A stretch of DNA of 64,000 nucleotides from Patescibacteria group bacterium (GCA_040388985.1 JAZKAU010000002.1:119642-183641), one strand, 5' to 3'; counted from the first letter of the stretch, positions 10,400 through 21,138 are shown. Notes: a model not told the origin generated them from the letters alone. Made by a program: numbers and translations.

Positions 10400-11167
10400 T
10401 TAGTGCAATTCTCTCCCCATTTCCCTGCTCCACTTCTCACGAATCGCACCAAGGTCGTTGTAGTATCCGTGATCAAATCCAGGCATGGGTTTGTATATTT
10501 TTATTTCAGACCACAAGGTCGCTTTTTCTAGGTACGGTATAGAGCGTGCAACAAGTTCTCGCGTTGAAAGCCAGTAGCGCTCGTCTGCAAATGGCCGTAG
10601 CGATCGTTCCTTATCTGTAGCAACCGTGCTGACTTCAAAGAATACGGAATGCACCAGGCCGTCCGAATTCTCTGCAAATATCCGCATACGTTCCCGCAGC
10701 TTAAGCTTTGCGCGTGAATAAGACCGCCAGTACTTAATGTCGTATGGATCGCTCAGAGAGCCGAAGGCGCACGCCGTGATTGGTATCGGTCGGCGTTCCT
10801 TATTAACGCAAGCAAGTAAAGGAAAGAAGACGTTCTCGAACGTTTTAATATTAGACGCGAGAATCTCGTCATCAATACCATCCTCGTCCTTATCCCATTC
10901 AGGAATCCCCTCAGCTTCGAATTTAAACATCCCCACCGGATGGATGAAAATTATTTCACCCACCTCCTTTAATGAGATTTCTCTAATGCTTACCTCAACT
11001 GCTTTCGTTTCGAGCAGGTCGACAATAATGTCGTCCGGTCTTGTCGATTCCATCGCTCTACGTGAGATCCCGATACACTTCGTTTTGGGTTTCTTGCTGA
11101 AGTAATCCATATACGCGCGCCCGAGCGTGCCACTTGCGCCTGACACGATGACCAGTTTATTTTTCAT
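10400..11167 (-). CDS. SDR-like NAD(P)-binding Rossmann-fold protein
   Basis: VIVSGASGTLG and YSRAK (YxxxK) motifs. Confidence 0.7.
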   Translation of the reverse strand: MKNKLVIVSGASGTLGRAYMDYFSKKPKTKCIGISRRAMESTRPDDIIVDLLETKAVEVSIREISLKEVGEIIFIHPVGMFKFEAEGIPEWDKDEDGIDDEILASNIKTFENVFFPLLACVNKERRPIPITACAFGSLSDPYDIKYWRSYSRAKLKLRERMRIFAENSDGLVHSVFFEVSTVATDKERSLRPFADERYWLSTRELVARSIPYLEKATLWSEIKIYKPMPGFDHGYYNDLGAIREKWSREMGRELH

Positions 11168-11262
11168 TCCGCGAGCGTATCGCAGATATTTGACTTACTA
11201 AAATAAATGTTGCATTCAGTACAATAAGTAAAATATATTTTTACTTCTGCTATGCTAGATAA

Positions 11263-12087
11263 ATGGATATATTGAAGCCGAAGAGTATAGAAGAAATGGT
11301 CATCTCCCTTCTACGGCAAGGACCCCTATCGAATGCTGAACTTCTGGCGAGCGTCCGAATCCAACGCGGCGTACTTACGAAACAAGGATTCTACGCAGCA
11401 CTTCGAAAGCTTAAGAAAGAGGAAATCGTAGTCGTATATAAAAAAATCACCGCACTTAATGCAAGTTGGATAGAGCGCATGCAGCGATTGGTCGAGACCA
11501 TGCGTGACTCTTATGTCGGGAGCGACCAGGCCCGCATCACTGACTTGGCAGATCGTGAAAGTGTTTCGTATGTATTCCTGAACATTCGCCACCTTGATGT
11601 CTTCTGGGGTCACGCCCAGAATCTGCTCATAAGTGCTGCCCCGAAGGGAGCCGCCCTGCTTGCTTACGACCCGCACTACTGGTTCTATATCGCGCGCAAA
11701 GAGACAGAACAGGAACTCTTGAAGCAAGTCGTATCAAGCGGACGCCAGTTTCTCATGACGGTCGGCGGCAATACGAAGCTCGATCGCTCCATCAAGGCAG
11801 ATTTTAAAACGGATATGCAGCAATACCACATTAATCGTGCATTTGAACGGAATACATACTATGTAACTGTCATTGGAGACTTCATATTAGAAGTGTATCT
11901 AGATGCTTCGGTTGCGCGGACAGTCGAAGATATTTACGCGCTAGGCTCTGTAGACGCCGAAACCAAACTTGTGGATCTGCTTACAAGACGCAGCAGAAAC
12001 CGATTACGCATATCCAGGAATTATGCTCGGGCGGAGCAGATACGGACACGTCTCAGCAAACACTTTTATATAAAGAACGAGGCTTAG
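11263..12087 (+). CDS. wHTH transcriptional regulator, TrmB-like class B
   Basis: N-terminal wHTH; shares HLDxFW, YxPHxxW and TxGG blocks with 37983-38783; divergent from the SDR gene. Confidence 0.7.
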   Translation: MDILKPKSIEEMVISLLRQGPLSNAELLASVRIQRGVLTKQGFYAALRKLKKEEIVVVYKKITALNASWIERMQRLVETMRDSYVGSDQARITDLADRESVSYVFLNIRHLDVFWGHAQNLLISAAPKGAALLAYDPHYWFYIARKETEQELLKQVVSSGRQFLMTVGGNTKLDRSIKADFKTDMQQYHINRAFERNTYYVTVIGDFILEVYLDASVARTVEDIYALGSVDAETKLVDLLTRRSRNRLRISRNYARAEQIRTRLSKHFYIKNEA

Positions 12088-13641
12088 TCACTCGAATCCG
12101 AACAACCCACGCGGACGATACTGGAGCGCTTCAAGTATGTGTGGAGCTTCCACGCTGTCGGAGTCCGCGAGGTCGGCGATGGTGCGAGCGACACGCATGG
12201 TCCGGTGATAGCTGCGCGGCGAGAGATTGAGCTTCTTGGCAGATGCAAGTAGGGCGGCATTGGCCTCACTCGTGAAGTAAGACTGTTCTTCAAGCTCGCG
12301 CGAGGTAAGGCGTCCGTTCACCGCATCGTCTCGTTCCAAGCGCCGCGCCATCCGACTACGCGCCGCCTCTACCCGCGCCCGTACTATCTCTGACGGCTCG
12401 CCTTCCCCGAGACTCGCTAATGTCTCGTGCGGAATGTGCGCGACCTCGACCCAGAGGTCGAGACGGTCCGCGATGGGGCGTGATATCTTCTTCGCCTGCT
12501 TCAACGCCTGACGCACGGCGACTTCCGCATCTGCTGAAAGCGTTTCTGCCGGATTCATCGCGGCGACGAGCATGAAGTCGGCGGGGAATACTATCGTCGC
12601 CTTCGTTCTCGCCACGGTGACCATGCGGTCCTCAAGCGGCTGACGCAGCGCCTCAAGCGCGCGTGCGTCGAACTCCGCGAACTCGTCCAGGAAGAGTACT
12701 CCATAATGGGCGAGCGTCACTTCGCCCGCGCGCGGATAGGCTCCACCGCCCACGATGGCGGTGTGCGAGACCGTGTGATGCGGCGCACGGAAGGGCGGCC
12801 AGCGGAGCAGGCCGCCCGCAGGAAGTGCACCTGCCGTCGAATGTATGGCGGTTACCTCAAGGAGCTCGTTCTCCGAAAGTGCCGGGAGTATTCCCGGGAG
12901 TGCGCGAGCGAGCATGGTCTTGCCGGTACCGGGAGGGCCATAGAGGACGAGATTATGCCGACCCGCGGCCGCTATCTCAAGCGCGCGCTTGGCACCTTCC
13001 TGTCCCTTCACATCCCTGAGGTCGATTGCCGGAGGACGCACATCTGGCAGTGGCGAGCGTTCTGCGGCCACGAGCTTCTTCTTACCGCTGATGTGTTCGA
13101 CTATCTGCCGCAGACTTTCAGCCGCATAGATCTGTACGCCCGGTACGAGAAGCGCTTCGAAGGCGTTAGCAGACGGCACGAATACGTCAGCGATACCTTC
13201 TTGCTTCGCTCGTATGACTTGTGCGACCGCGCCGCGCACGCTGCGGAGCGTTCCATCGAGCCCGAGCTCACCCGTGTAGAGCGCGGGAGTCTCCGGAAGA
13301 GTGATATCTCCGGCTGCAGCCAAGTAAGCGAGCGCCAGCGGCAGGTCATAGTGAGAGCCTTCCTTCTTGAGGTCAGCCGGAGAGAGCGAGAGGATGATGC
13401 GTTTATTCGTGGCCTTCGGCGACTTGAAACCGGCGTGGCGTATGGCGCTTGAAATACGGTCTCGAGCTTCTTCCACCGCCTTGTCCGGCAACCCCACGAC
13501 CGAGAACGCATGCAGGCCGCGCGATAGATCAGCTTCGATGGTCACAAGCTCAGCGCCAGCGCCCACTGGTTGCGCAGCGAAGACGCGAGCATAGCCGCCT
13601 TTCTCCTTATTTTTCTTATCGGTTTCTTCGACACCTCCCAT
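12088..13641 (-). CDS. comM: ComM/YifB Mg-chelatase-like AAA+ ATPase
   Basis: [63 protein letters not shown]. Confidence 0.93.
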   Translation of the reverse strand: MGGVEETDKKNKEKGGYARVFAAQPVGAGAELVTIEADLSRGLHAFSVVGLPDKAVEEARDRISSAIRHAGFKSPKATNKRIILSLSPADLKKEGSHYDLPLALAYLAAAGDITLPETPALYTGELGLDGTLRSVRGAVAQVIRAKQEGIADVFVPSANAFEALLVPGVQIYAAESLRQIVEHISGKKKLVAAERSPLPDVRPPAIDLRDVKGQEGAKRALEIAAAGRHNLVLYGPPGTGKTMLARALPGILPALSENELLEVTAIHSTAGALPAGGLLRWPPFRAPHHTVSHTAIVGGGAYPRAGEVTLAHYGVLFLDEFAEFDARALEALRQPLEDRMVTVARTKATIVFPADFMLVAAMNPAETLSADAEVAVRQALKQAKKISRPIADRLDLWVEVAHIPHETLASLGEGEPSEIVRARVEAARSRMARRLERDDAVNGRLTSRELEEQSYFTSEANAALLASAKKLNLSPRSYHRTMRVARTIADLADSDSVEAPHILEALQYRPRGLFGFE

Positions 13642-13714
13642 ACCTCCATTTTCCAGAACAAGCACCCTCGAAGTGTCTTAGTAGACTGTGGAAATCACAG
13701 AATATACTTTATAA

Positions 13715-13754
13715 AAAATACATCGAGTCCTCTTTAGAGGACTCGATGTATTTT
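13715..13754. terminator. Bidirectional intrinsic terminator-like hairpin
   Basis: AAAATACATCGAGTCCTCT-TT-AGAGGACTCGATGTATTTT. Confidence 0.7.
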
Positions 13755-13769
13755 CGTTTGAACCGATAC

Positions 13770-14435
13770 TTAACTTGCAGCAACTATTTCCGGTTCCTTA
13801 TATTCCCGAGAAAGCACGCGATACGCATGCACGACGGCAAGAGCTGAGACGGGCAAGGTTACCAGAAGCCCTACGATAAGCGCGATGAAGCCGACGATAT
13901 TTATACCCACAAGCGCAAGTCCGAGTAAGAACATCCGCCAACGATTCCCTTTCGTGATCGCGCGGCTGCGCTTGAGCGCGTCTACAGGGCCGAGACCGTC
14001 CTCGATAACGCCATAAAGCGCAAAGCCGAACATGATGCCAAGGATGATACCCGGGACGATGAGCAGAATGAAGCCTATGAGCAGGATTACCGTGAGAAGG
14101 ATAGACGTCCCAACGAACTTCAAGTATGGAGATGGGTGCCACAGAGTGCGTACTGAGACGTCGGACACCACGTCATGCGCTTTCAGGAAGAAGGAAATCT
14201 TTCCCATGCTTACGAGGAACGTGAGTGCCATACCGGCTATCGCTGAGATGATCGCAACGACGGTCGACTCCGGTCCGAGCACGTATGCTCCGCCGACTTG
14301 CAGCATCGACTGGAATCCGCTTATGAGCATGTTGACGAGCAGGAGAAGTACGCCGACGCCGATGAATATCCACGGGCGAGTCTTGAAGGTGTTCCATCCA
14401 GACGTCAGGCACTCTTTTACCGAGAGGGTGTACAT
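13770..14435 (-). CDS. Integral membrane protein (DUF975/YciC-like)
   Basis: Multi-TM; 'LLIVPGII...ALKRSRAITKGNRW' motif. Confidence 0.75.
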   Translation of the reverse strand: MYTLSVKECLTSGWNTFKTRPWIFIGVGVLLLLVNMLISGFQSMLQVGGAYVLGPESTVVAIISAIAGMALTFLVSMGKISFFLKAHDVVSDVSVRTLWHPSPYLKFVGTSILLTVILLIGFILLIVPGIILGIMFGFALYGVIEDGLGPVDALKRSRAITKGNRWRMFLLGLALVGINIVGFIALIVGLLVTLPVSALAVVHAYRVLSREYKEPEIVAAS

Positions 14436-14439
14436 ATGA

Positions 14440-14796
14440 TTATCCGTTCATATGCGCCTTGCAGGTCTTTGCTGACGGGTCGGCGTTCAGCCGATCTTCC
14501 TCGATGGCTTCGCCCGACACTGCGCATATGCCGTAAGTGCCCTTTTCAATGCGTTCAAGCGCAGCGAGGACGTCGTTGTAGCGTATCTCGAGCTCCTTGA
14601 GTATCGCCGTATTATCGCCGAAATGCTCTATGAGGTCGGCACGATCGTTGGGGTCCGCCTCGAGCCCGGTTTCCTGAGGCACTGGTTCCCAATCGTTCGG
14701 GTTCGACGGATTACGCCTTCCTACGCTCTCAAGCTCGGTCTCAAGGACCTTCTTTTCGTCTTCAAGCCGCCCTTTGTATATGCTGGTGTCGTTCAT
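14440..14796 (-). CDS. dksA: TraR/DksA family transcription factor
   Basis: DxxDxA tip (DPNDRA), ALERIEKGTYGIC..GE.I..DRL; Zn-ligand positions read C/S/C/H. Confidence 0.85.
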   Translation of the reverse strand: MNDTSIYKGRLEDEKKVLETELESVGRRNPSNPNDWEPVPQETGLEADPNDRADLIEHFGDNTAILKELEIRYNDVLAALERIEKGTYGICAVSGEAIEEDRLNADPSAKTCKAHMNG

Positions 14797-14841
14797 GACT
14801 GAAACTGTAGCATGGCCCTGCCCTGCCAGCACGGGAATCCA

Positions 14842-16494
14842 CTAATTCCCTGAGGCAGGACTAAGTCGGGCGATAAGCGCGGAGAATGCCGCCTCGTCGC
14901 GGGCGATGATAAGCGTATCCTTCCCGTGATAGCCATAAAGTAGGAGACTGCGTCCTTGTGCATCTCTGAGCACCCGCACGTCCTGGTTGGCGACGACCGC
15001 GTCCGAGAAATAAGGAGACGCTGGTGCAGGAAGGGGGGCTGCTGTCGGAGTGCTACTCGACGTCGTTGCGACCGACGGCGTGATCGCCGTCGGATACGGT
15101 GGGAAGAGTACTGCCAAGTCAGTTGCCATCGTCGGTTCCCAGGCCAGCATGCCCGCGAATGTCCGTTCATAGGAGTTTACGCGAAGCACCAAGAACGGTT
15201 TCGACTCGCTTCCTGCGTGTATGGCGCCCACGGTGCTCGTCGTATCGATATTGCGCAGGAGGATGTCAGGCGCCGGAAGCGCGAACGCTGAAATGACCGC
15301 ACCCCCTGGTTGCGGGATCGAAGCCCCGGTTGTCCCAGGTTGCGAGAGGTATGTGATCACGACATTGCCGGCGACTGAGGCGCCGCCCGCTACGTCCGCG
15401 ATATTCTGCATGAGCGCGCTGCCCGTGCCATGCACTTCCACGCTTTCGTCGAAGGCCACGAGCGACGGAACACTTGCGACAAACGGGGCGGATGCGGGTC
15501 TATTCATGAATACGACGACCGCACCCGCGATGATGCCGATACCCAAGATCAGTAGCACGACTCCGATGACTAAGCGCGGCTGGATGCGGCGCGTCGGCTT
15601 CAGGCTCTGCACGGCGGGGGCGTCGTTCTGGGCTGCAAGTACGGAAAAGGTCGACGCGTTCTGCCGGTCGATGCGATCAGCGAAGTCGGAGCTGAAGGTG
15701 TGGAGCGGTGAAGCTAGTGGAGCAGGTACCACTACAGGCGCAGGTACCGGCTGCGGGCGCTCTGCTGCAGGCGTAGCAGAAGACAAGGTCGCTTTGAAGG
15801 CAGCTTCCGAAGGGTTGAAGACAGGCGCGGCGGTTCGCAGTAGCTCCGGCTCCTGTAGCGCGCTCGGAGGTGGCGACACTATCGCTTCTGGTACCACTCT
15901 TGGTTGCGGCGCAGGTTGAGGTGCTATTACAGGCGCAGGCTCCTGCACTGCCGGAACGGATGCTTGCAGAGGACTTGGTTCCGTACCGTGGCTCGCAAGC
16001 TTAGCACGCAGGCGTGCGAGCACGGCCTCGCGTCCTGGATCCGGAGGCAGCTCTACGGCCGGCGCAGGGATTGGAGTAGGAGCCGGTGCAGGAGCCGGCA
16101 TAGGCACAGGAGCCTTAGGCAGATCCGGAATGACATTTACCCCTGCCTGCGGCATGAGCGGCGTCTTTTGCGGCTCCGATTTCGAGACGAAGATACCATC
16201 CGAGTCATCTTTGGATAGCGTGACCATTTCCTGCTCGAATTCCTTCGGAGAGACGGGATCGTTCTTGTGATCCACAGGTGATGCGTCGAATTCAGGAAGC
16301 GTCACTGCCGCATCTTGAACGTCTGGAGTCACGGTGGGTGCAGAAGATACTGCGGAGGCGGGCGACTGCTCGGCCTTCGGCGGGATCTTAGAGAGCTGCG
16401 CGACGTCTTTGGCGTACGTGCGTATGTACTGCGACGGGTCGTCGGGCGGAGTAAAGGTGCCGTCTGTCTGTGGCTTCACGTCGTCAGCATTCAT
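14842..16494 (-). CDS. Pro-rich single-pass membrane protein
   Basis: IRTY..D motif, Pro-rich linker, one TM, C-terminal 'FAGMLAWE...F.D.VV.N.DVRVL' domain. Confidence 0.7.
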   Translation of the reverse strand: MNADDVKPQTDGTFTPPDDPSQYIRTYAKDVAQLSKIPPKAEQSPASAVSSAPTVTPDVQDAAVTLPEFDASPVDHKNDPVSPKEFEQEMVTLSKDDSDGIFVSKSEPQKTPLMPQAGVNVIPDLPKAPVPMPAPAPAPTPIPAPAVELPPDPGREAVLARLRAKLASHGTEPSPLQASVPAVQEPAPVIAPQPAPQPRVVPEAIVSPPPSALQEPELLRTAAPVFNPSEAAFKATLSSATPAAERPQPVPAPVVVPAPLASPLHTFSSDFADRIDRQNASTFSVLAAQNDAPAVQSLKPTRRIQPRLVIGVVLLILGIGIIAGAVVVFMNRPASAPFVASVPSLVAFDESVEVHGTGSALMQNIADVAGGASVAGNVVITYLSQPGTTGASIPQPGGAVISAFALPAPDILLRNIDTTSTVGAIHAGSESKPFLVLRVNSYERTFAGMLAWEPTMATDLAVLFPPYPTAITPSVATTSSSTPTAAPLPAPASPYFSDAVVANQDVRVLRDAQGRSLLLYGYHGKDTLIIARDEAAFSALIARLSPASGN

Positions 16495-16507
16495 TTCCCT
16501 CTATTCT

Positions 16508-16542
16508 ACATGCAGGGCCCCCTTGGCGGGGGCCCTGCATGT
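16508..16542. terminator. GC-rich hairpin
   Basis: ACATGCAGGGCCCCC-TTGGC-GGGGGCCCTGCATGT. Confidence 0.55.
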
Positions 16543-16567
16543 GTACTGACTATGATCCGAGGGCCTG

Positions 16568-17080
16568 CTAGCGCTGCCCTATGAGAAACTTTTTCGGATC
16601 GTCGCACATATCCGTGAAGGCATGCGCCGCTTCCTTGAGCTTCGCGCTTGAAGACTTCCCGAAGGAGATTACTTCTACCTGGCAGCCCATGTGCATGTCC
16701 AAGTATTCGATGAGCGGTACAAAGTCACCGTCACCGGTCGCAAGTATCACCGTATCAAGCTTGGGACCGAGCTTAACCGCGTCTATAGCGATGCCTACGT
16801 CCCAGTCCGCTTTCTTAGCGCCGTCGGAGAATATCTGAAGGCCTTTCACCTTCGTCTCGATGCCGATCTTCGTAAGCGCATCGAAGAAAGCCGATTCGTC
16901 CCCGCTTTCCGTGGAGATTACGTAGGCGATAGCACGAACGAGCGTGCGGTCCCCCACCGCCTCTTTGAGGACATTGGCGAAGTTCACGCGGGTCTTATAA
17001 AGATGCTTTGCGCTATGGTACAGGTTCTGCGTATCGATGAATACGCCTACGCGCTGTGCCGGATGTTTTATGACTGCCAT
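16568..17080 (-). CDS. NYN domain protein (LabA/DUF88)
   Basis: VFIDTQNLY, KKADWDVGIAIDA, ATGDGDFVPL. Confidence 0.92.
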   Translation of the reverse strand: MAVIKHPAQRVGVFIDTQNLYHSAKHLYKTRVNFANVLKEAVGDRTLVRAIAYVISTESGDESAFFDALTKIGIETKVKGLQIFSDGAKKADWDVGIAIDAVKLGPKLDTVILATGDGDFVPLIEYLDMHMGCQVEVISFGKSSSAKLKEAAHAFTDMCDDPKKFLIGQR

Positions 17081-17218
17081 ATGAAATGAGTTATAGGAGC
17101 AGGAAGGGCTGCATGCCAGCAATCCTGCGAACCTTAAAATAATTATGTAAACCGTAACGGTGTGTTACAAGAGTATTCTAACACTTACAAAACGTTCCGA
17201 TACGCCTAATCTGCATGG

Positions 17219-17295
17219 AGCGAGGTGTTTTAAATAAAAAGGGTCAAGCGTAATGCAGCGAAGCGAAATGCACTTTTTATTTAAAATTCCGAGCG
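17219..17295 (+). repeat. Structured intergenic element, family A copy 1
   Basis: AGCGAGGT-stem(TTTTAAATAAAAAG...CTTTTTATTTAAAA)-CCGAGCG with core TGCAGCGAAGCGAAATGCA. Confidence 0.7.
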
Positions 17296-17300
17296 GAACT

Positions 17301-17567
17301 TTACTTCTTGAGGCCCAGCTTCTTTATAAGAGAGCTGTACTGACGCTTGTTATTCTTCTCCAGGTAGCGGAGATGCGTGCGACGGTCAGCGACCATCTGC
17401 AGGAGTCCGCGGCGGGAGTGAAAATCCTTCTGATTCTTCTTGAGGTGGCTCGTAAGCTCCTCGATCTTGCGGGAAAGGATACCGACCTGGACTGCGGCTG
17501 AGCCGGTGTCCGTAGCATGCAGCGCCGTGTTCTTAATAACGGCTGTTTTTACGCGTTTTGTAAGCAT
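17301..17567 (-). CDS. rpsO: 30S ribosomal protein S15
   Basis: DTGSAAVQV, HLKKNQKDFHSRRGLLQMV; 88 aa from MLTKRVK. Confidence 0.97.
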   Translation of the reverse strand: MLTKRVKTAVIKNTALHATDTGSAAVQVGILSRKIEELTSHLKKNQKDFHSRRGLLQMVADRRTHLRYLEKNNKRQYSSLIKKLGLKK

Positions 17568-17656
17568 TGAAGGCATGGTACCACACCTTGATTAATCACG
17601 CAAGGGTGTTCTAGTTTCAAGCTCCGATGGCAGTCTGGGACAATGTTGAGAACTCT

Positions 17657-17992
17657 TTAGAACAGCTTTCCTCCAACAATAGCCTCGTCCCTATCGGGAC
17701 GTATTAGAATTACCTTCCCATTTTCGTCAGGTACTCCCAAAGTAAGAACTTCTGATTCAAATGGGCCGATCTTTCTAGGGGGAAAATTAACAACTCCCAA
17801 CACTTTCCTGCCAAGCAACTCGTCTTTTGTATACAAATCGACTATCTGAACTGACGAATTCTTTACACCAACTTCTGCACCAAAATCTATCTTTAGCTTA
17901 TACGCTGGCTTCTTTGCTTCTGGGAAGTTGTTAATTTCTACTATCTTACCCACACGGATATCTAGCTGGAGAAAGTCATCAATGGTTGCCAG
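17657..17992 (-). CDS. csaA: tRNA-binding protein/chaperone CsaA (apparent CTG start)
   Basis: ATIDDFLQLDIRVGKI..., KPAYKL.IDFG, VVNFPPRKIGPFESEVLTLG. Confidence 0.85.
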   Translation of the reverse strand: MATIDDFLQLDIRVGKIVEINNFPEAKKPAYKLKIDFGAEVGVKNSSVQIVDLYTKDELLGRKVLGVVNFPPRKIGPFESEVLTLGVPDENGKVILIRPDRDEAIVGGKLF

Positions 17993-18071
17993 GCAGTAAG
18001 TGTAGCAAATATTGCTGGGAGAGTAGGTTTGGAAGCACTTCGCACAATACGCAGTGCGATATACTTAGTCC

Positions 18072-18980
18072 ATGAACGCTGAGCAGATGAAACGTGAATT
18101 CCTCGAATACACGGAAATCGAGCGTGGCCGGGCCGTGAAGACCATTCAGAACTACGACCATTACCTCACTCGCTTCTTCAAGCAGATGCAGATAGCCAGT
18201 GTGGGTGATATTACCGAAGACAAGGTCCGCGAGTTTCGCCTGTGGCTCAATCGTCAGCCCGGTACGAACAAGGACTCCATGAAGCGCAAGACTCAGAACT
18301 ACTACCTCATCGCGCTGCGCGCCTTTCTCAAATATCTGCGCAAGCGTGGCATCGAAGGTCTGTCCCCTGAACGCATTGAGCTTGCGAAGGTTCCTGACCG
18401 CCATCTCGATCTGATTTCCTCTGCTGAACTCGACCGCTTGCTCAACTCCGCTGACGGTACTGACGAGCGGGGGCTTCGCGATAAGGCCATACTTGAGCTC
18501 CTGTTCTCTACAGGGCTGCGTGTTTCTGAGCTCTGTTCGCTCGACCGCGATCTTGATCTCGCGCGCGACAGCTTCCCTATCCGGGGAAAGGGAGAGAAGG
18601 TGCGCGTCGTCTTCCTTTCGGACGCGGCCAAGGATGCGGTCCGCGCATATCTCAAAGCCCGGAAGGACCTCGAAGACGCGTTGTTCGTGAATGTGCCTCG
18701 TAGCAGGACTATCAAGACCGCACCGTCGCGCCTCACTCCCCGCTCCATCGAGATGATGATAAAGATATATGCCGCCAAGGCCGGCATCACGAAGAAAGTC
18801 ACGCCGCACGTCATGCGTCACTCATTCGCCACCGACCTGCTCAATAACGGCGCTGATATTCGTTCCGTACAGCAGCTTCTCGGTCACGCCTCAATCACCA
18901 CCACCCAGATCTACACGCACGTTACCGACGCGCACCTCGCCAACGTCCACAAGCAGTTCCATTCCCGCGATCGCAAGTGA
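18072..18980 (+). CDS. Tyrosine recombinase XerC/XerD family
   Basis: STGLRVSEL, GKGEKVR, TPHVMRHSFATDLL.NGADIRSVQQLLGHASITTTQIYTHV. Confidence 0.95.
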   Translation: MNAEQMKREFLEYTEIERGRAVKTIQNYDHYLTRFFKQMQIASVGDITEDKVREFRLWLNRQPGTNKDSMKRKTQNYYLIALRAFLKYLRKRGIEGLSPERIELAKVPDRHLDLISSAELDRLLNSADGTDERGLRDKAILELLFSTGLRVSELCSLDRDLDLARDSFPIRGKGEKVRVVFLSDAAKDAVRAYLKARKDLEDALFVNVPRSRTIKTAPSRLTPRSIEMMIKIYAAKAGITKKVTPHVMRHSFATDLLNNGADIRSVQQLLGHASITTTQIYTHVTDAHLANVHKQFHSRDRK

Positions 18981-19046
18981 CTTTGACAGTGGAAGCCGGC
19001 GCGGGTACCGTCTCTATAGGGCAGCATAAATAGTTAGGAGCGTCGC

Positions 19047-19535
19047 ATGCGACCGAGTAACCCACCAAGGAAATACTTCTCGGTTCATGCGGAGCTTACC
19101 GCACGCTTGGAGTCCGAGACATATCCCATCAATACGCTCGAGGAATACAGAGCGTATGCTGATTCGATCCCCTATTCGGAAGTGGGACGTATCATCGTCG
19201 AGGCCATCGATAGGATCACGCTTCCCTTGCGGAATCCTGATGGTTCGCCTGATCGGAAGGCCATCTATGAGCGCAGGAAGCTATTTAAGGGAGGGTCGTT
19301 GCCGCTCAGCGCCGAGATAGACCTGAATGTCTTCGCTGCATTGAGTAATACGCTCGAAAAGCGTACTGGAGAGTTCGCGGCTTTCGGCGAAGCGGCGAAG
19401 CAGAGCTCCTTCCGCGAATACGGGACATCGACCCCGCTCGAACTCGCGCACGACATAACCAATATGGTCAGCCGCCGGATCTTTGAGAATTCGAGCGTGC
19501 GCGCCCGCAACTTACTACCGGATGGCCTCCGGTAG
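19047..19535 (+). CDS. Hypothetical protein
   Basis: 162-aa ORF with AGGAG Shine-Dalgarno upstream. Confidence 0.55.
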   Translation: MRPSNPPRKYFSVHAELTARLESETYPINTLEEYRAYADSIPYSEVGRIIVEAIDRITLPLRNPDGSPDRKAIYERRKLFKGGSLPLSAEIDLNVFAALSNTLEKRTGEFAAFGEAAKQSSFREYGTSTPLELAHDITNMVSRRIFENSSVRARNLLPDGLR

Positions 19536-19557
19536 TATTTTTATGGACCATATTTCT

Positions 19558-20145
19558 TTAGGATTTCGACGGCTCGGATATCACCAACGGCAGCGTCTTA
19601 AGGTCATGTATGACCGGCCATTGGCCATTCCCCTTTCCTTTGTCCCGCCGCATCTCTATGACCTGCACCTGCGGGCACCACTTGGAGACTGAGGCGAGCT
19701 GGAAATGCCGGTCGTCGACGAAGGTCCAGGGACCCGGTTCCGTTGCAGTGAGTCGTGCGATAGTCCTCCCCTTTCTCCTGCTCGTGTATACGATGTCGGT
19801 GAGCTGCAACCCGAAGACTGCAGTGGTCACTTTCGCCGTTATGAATGCCCGTACTCCGTAAGTGACGATAGTGCAGTCGTGTGACGCCAGGAACCCGGGC
19901 GTATCTTCATATAGGAAGCATGCAAGTTCGCCTGGAGCGAATGAGAAACGACCGTGACTCAGAAACGTACCCCATGTACGAGAGAATCTCCGACGTCTGC
20001 TCATCGTTTCATCGTGACCAAAGAACTCGACCACTGCGGCCTTGAACTGAGTCAGTAGCTCGAGCAGTGTCGGTCTCTTCGCGAGACTCGCCTTGAAGGC
20101 GTCAGTGTCGAAGATCGTCCTATCAAAATCAAGAAAGTACTTCAT
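19558..20145 (-). CDS. HAD-superfamily-like protein
   Basis: MKYFLDFDRTIFD (DxD motif I) and FVDD (motif IV). Confidence 0.75.
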   Translation of the reverse strand: MKYFLDFDRTIFDTDAFKASLAKRPTLLELLTQFKAAVVEFFGHDETMSRRRRFSRTWGTFLSHGRFSFAPGELACFLYEDTPGFLASHDCTIVTYGVRAFITAKVTTAVFGLQLTDIVYTSRRKGRTIARLTATEPGPWTFVDDRHFQLASVSKWCPQVQVIEMRRDKGKGNGQWPVIHDLKTLPLVISEPSKS

Positions 20146-21025
20146 CGTGAGGAACGAGCGCAGTAAAGGCGATCGAGAGGAACTCGATACTGACTTCTCG
20201 ACCGACCTCGACCGTTTCGCCGTCAAGGATTATAGGCACATCACGGTCGGAGGATACGACGACTTTCTTGGTGCGGATTACCTCGACGCGCTTTGCTTCT
20301 CGCCATCCCTTGAATGCTGCAGCAGTAGCAAGCGCAAAGACTTCCCCCGCGTCGTTCACGTCTATAACCGCGGCCTCGAATACCTCACGGTCGTCCGCGA
20401 GTCCGCTTGAAACGAGCGGACAGGTAACCGTGAGCGCTTCGACGTCTCCCTCAGTGGCGTCGTTAAATCGGTAATGGATCTTCTCCGCAAACATGCGACT
20501 CATCGCGACTTTTCCGTATTCGACCACGCCTTTGATATCGCCCGCGCGCAGCGCCTCACGAGCATCCGCCCAAAGTGCAGGCGCGCCGCATATAGCCGAG
20601 ATGAAAAAACGATGCCCCGCCACTTCCCCACCCGAGACTTGTTTTGTCACGGGATTCGCGAGAACGCGGCCAAGTATCTCCTGCCACGTACCGCCTCCGT
20701 AGAGAGCCCTCGGAAGAATATTCATCGTGCCGCCCGGAAGCGGAATAAGTAACGGTCCGTCTGCAGTACAGAGCTCAGCTGCGCTGCGAATCGTGCCGTC
20801 TCCGCCGAGGACCACAAGCACATCAAGGTCACGCTTCTCTACCTCTGCGAAGGCCGCAGGCAACTCATTGGAATCTCCGCACCAGATACGAACAGGCTTC
20901 AGGCCGTATGTCTGGAAGATAGCCTCCATCTCTGGTACGGACTCGTTCGTGCAACTCCCGCTCGCGGTATTAAGGACTGCGCCTATCTTTCGAGTACGCA
21001 GGTCTACCGCAGCAGGTTCGTTCAT
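20129..21025 (-). CDS. Diacylglycerol kinase family lipid kinase
   Basis: VLNTASG, VLGGDGTI, LPGGTMN, ILDGE. Confidence 0.9.
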   Translation of the reverse strand: MNEPAAVDLRTRKIGAVLNTASGSCTNESVPEMEAIFQTYGLKPVRIWCGDSNELPAAFAEVEKRDLDVLVVLGGDGTIRSAAELCTADGPLLIPLPGGTMNILPRALYGGGTWQEILGRVLANPVTKQVSGGEVAGHRFFISAICGAPALWADAREALRAGDIKGVVEYGKVAMSRMFAEKIHYRFNDATEGDVEALTVTCPLVSSGLADDREVFEAAVIDVNDAGEVFALATAAAFKGWREAKRVEVIRTKKVVVSSDRDVPIILDGETVEVGREVSIEFLSIAFTALVPHDEVLS

Positions 21026-21138
21026 TCACCCACCTTACCAGGTTCACGTGAAGCGTTCATTAACGATCGAATCAACAGACCAAGTAACTTACATTGGATA
21101 TATTTCGAACGTCATGCAAATCGGGCTACAATAGGGCG

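Noticed and set aside
17126-17153. dif-like site (TTATGTAAACC resembles a XerD arm) near the xer gene
   Set aside because: The left arm and spacer fit poorly, and a dif site beside a parS cluster would be contradictory.
17979-18821. Long antisense ORFs (also 6813-7682, 45182-46054, 57935-58735, 61664-62455)
   Set aside because: These are shadow frames opposite well-supported genes in GC3-rich DNA and show no recognisable motifs.
18072-18980. Prophage or ICE integrase
   Set aside because: The sequence is typical of chromosomal XerC/D, and there are no phage or conjugation genes or att repeats nearby.
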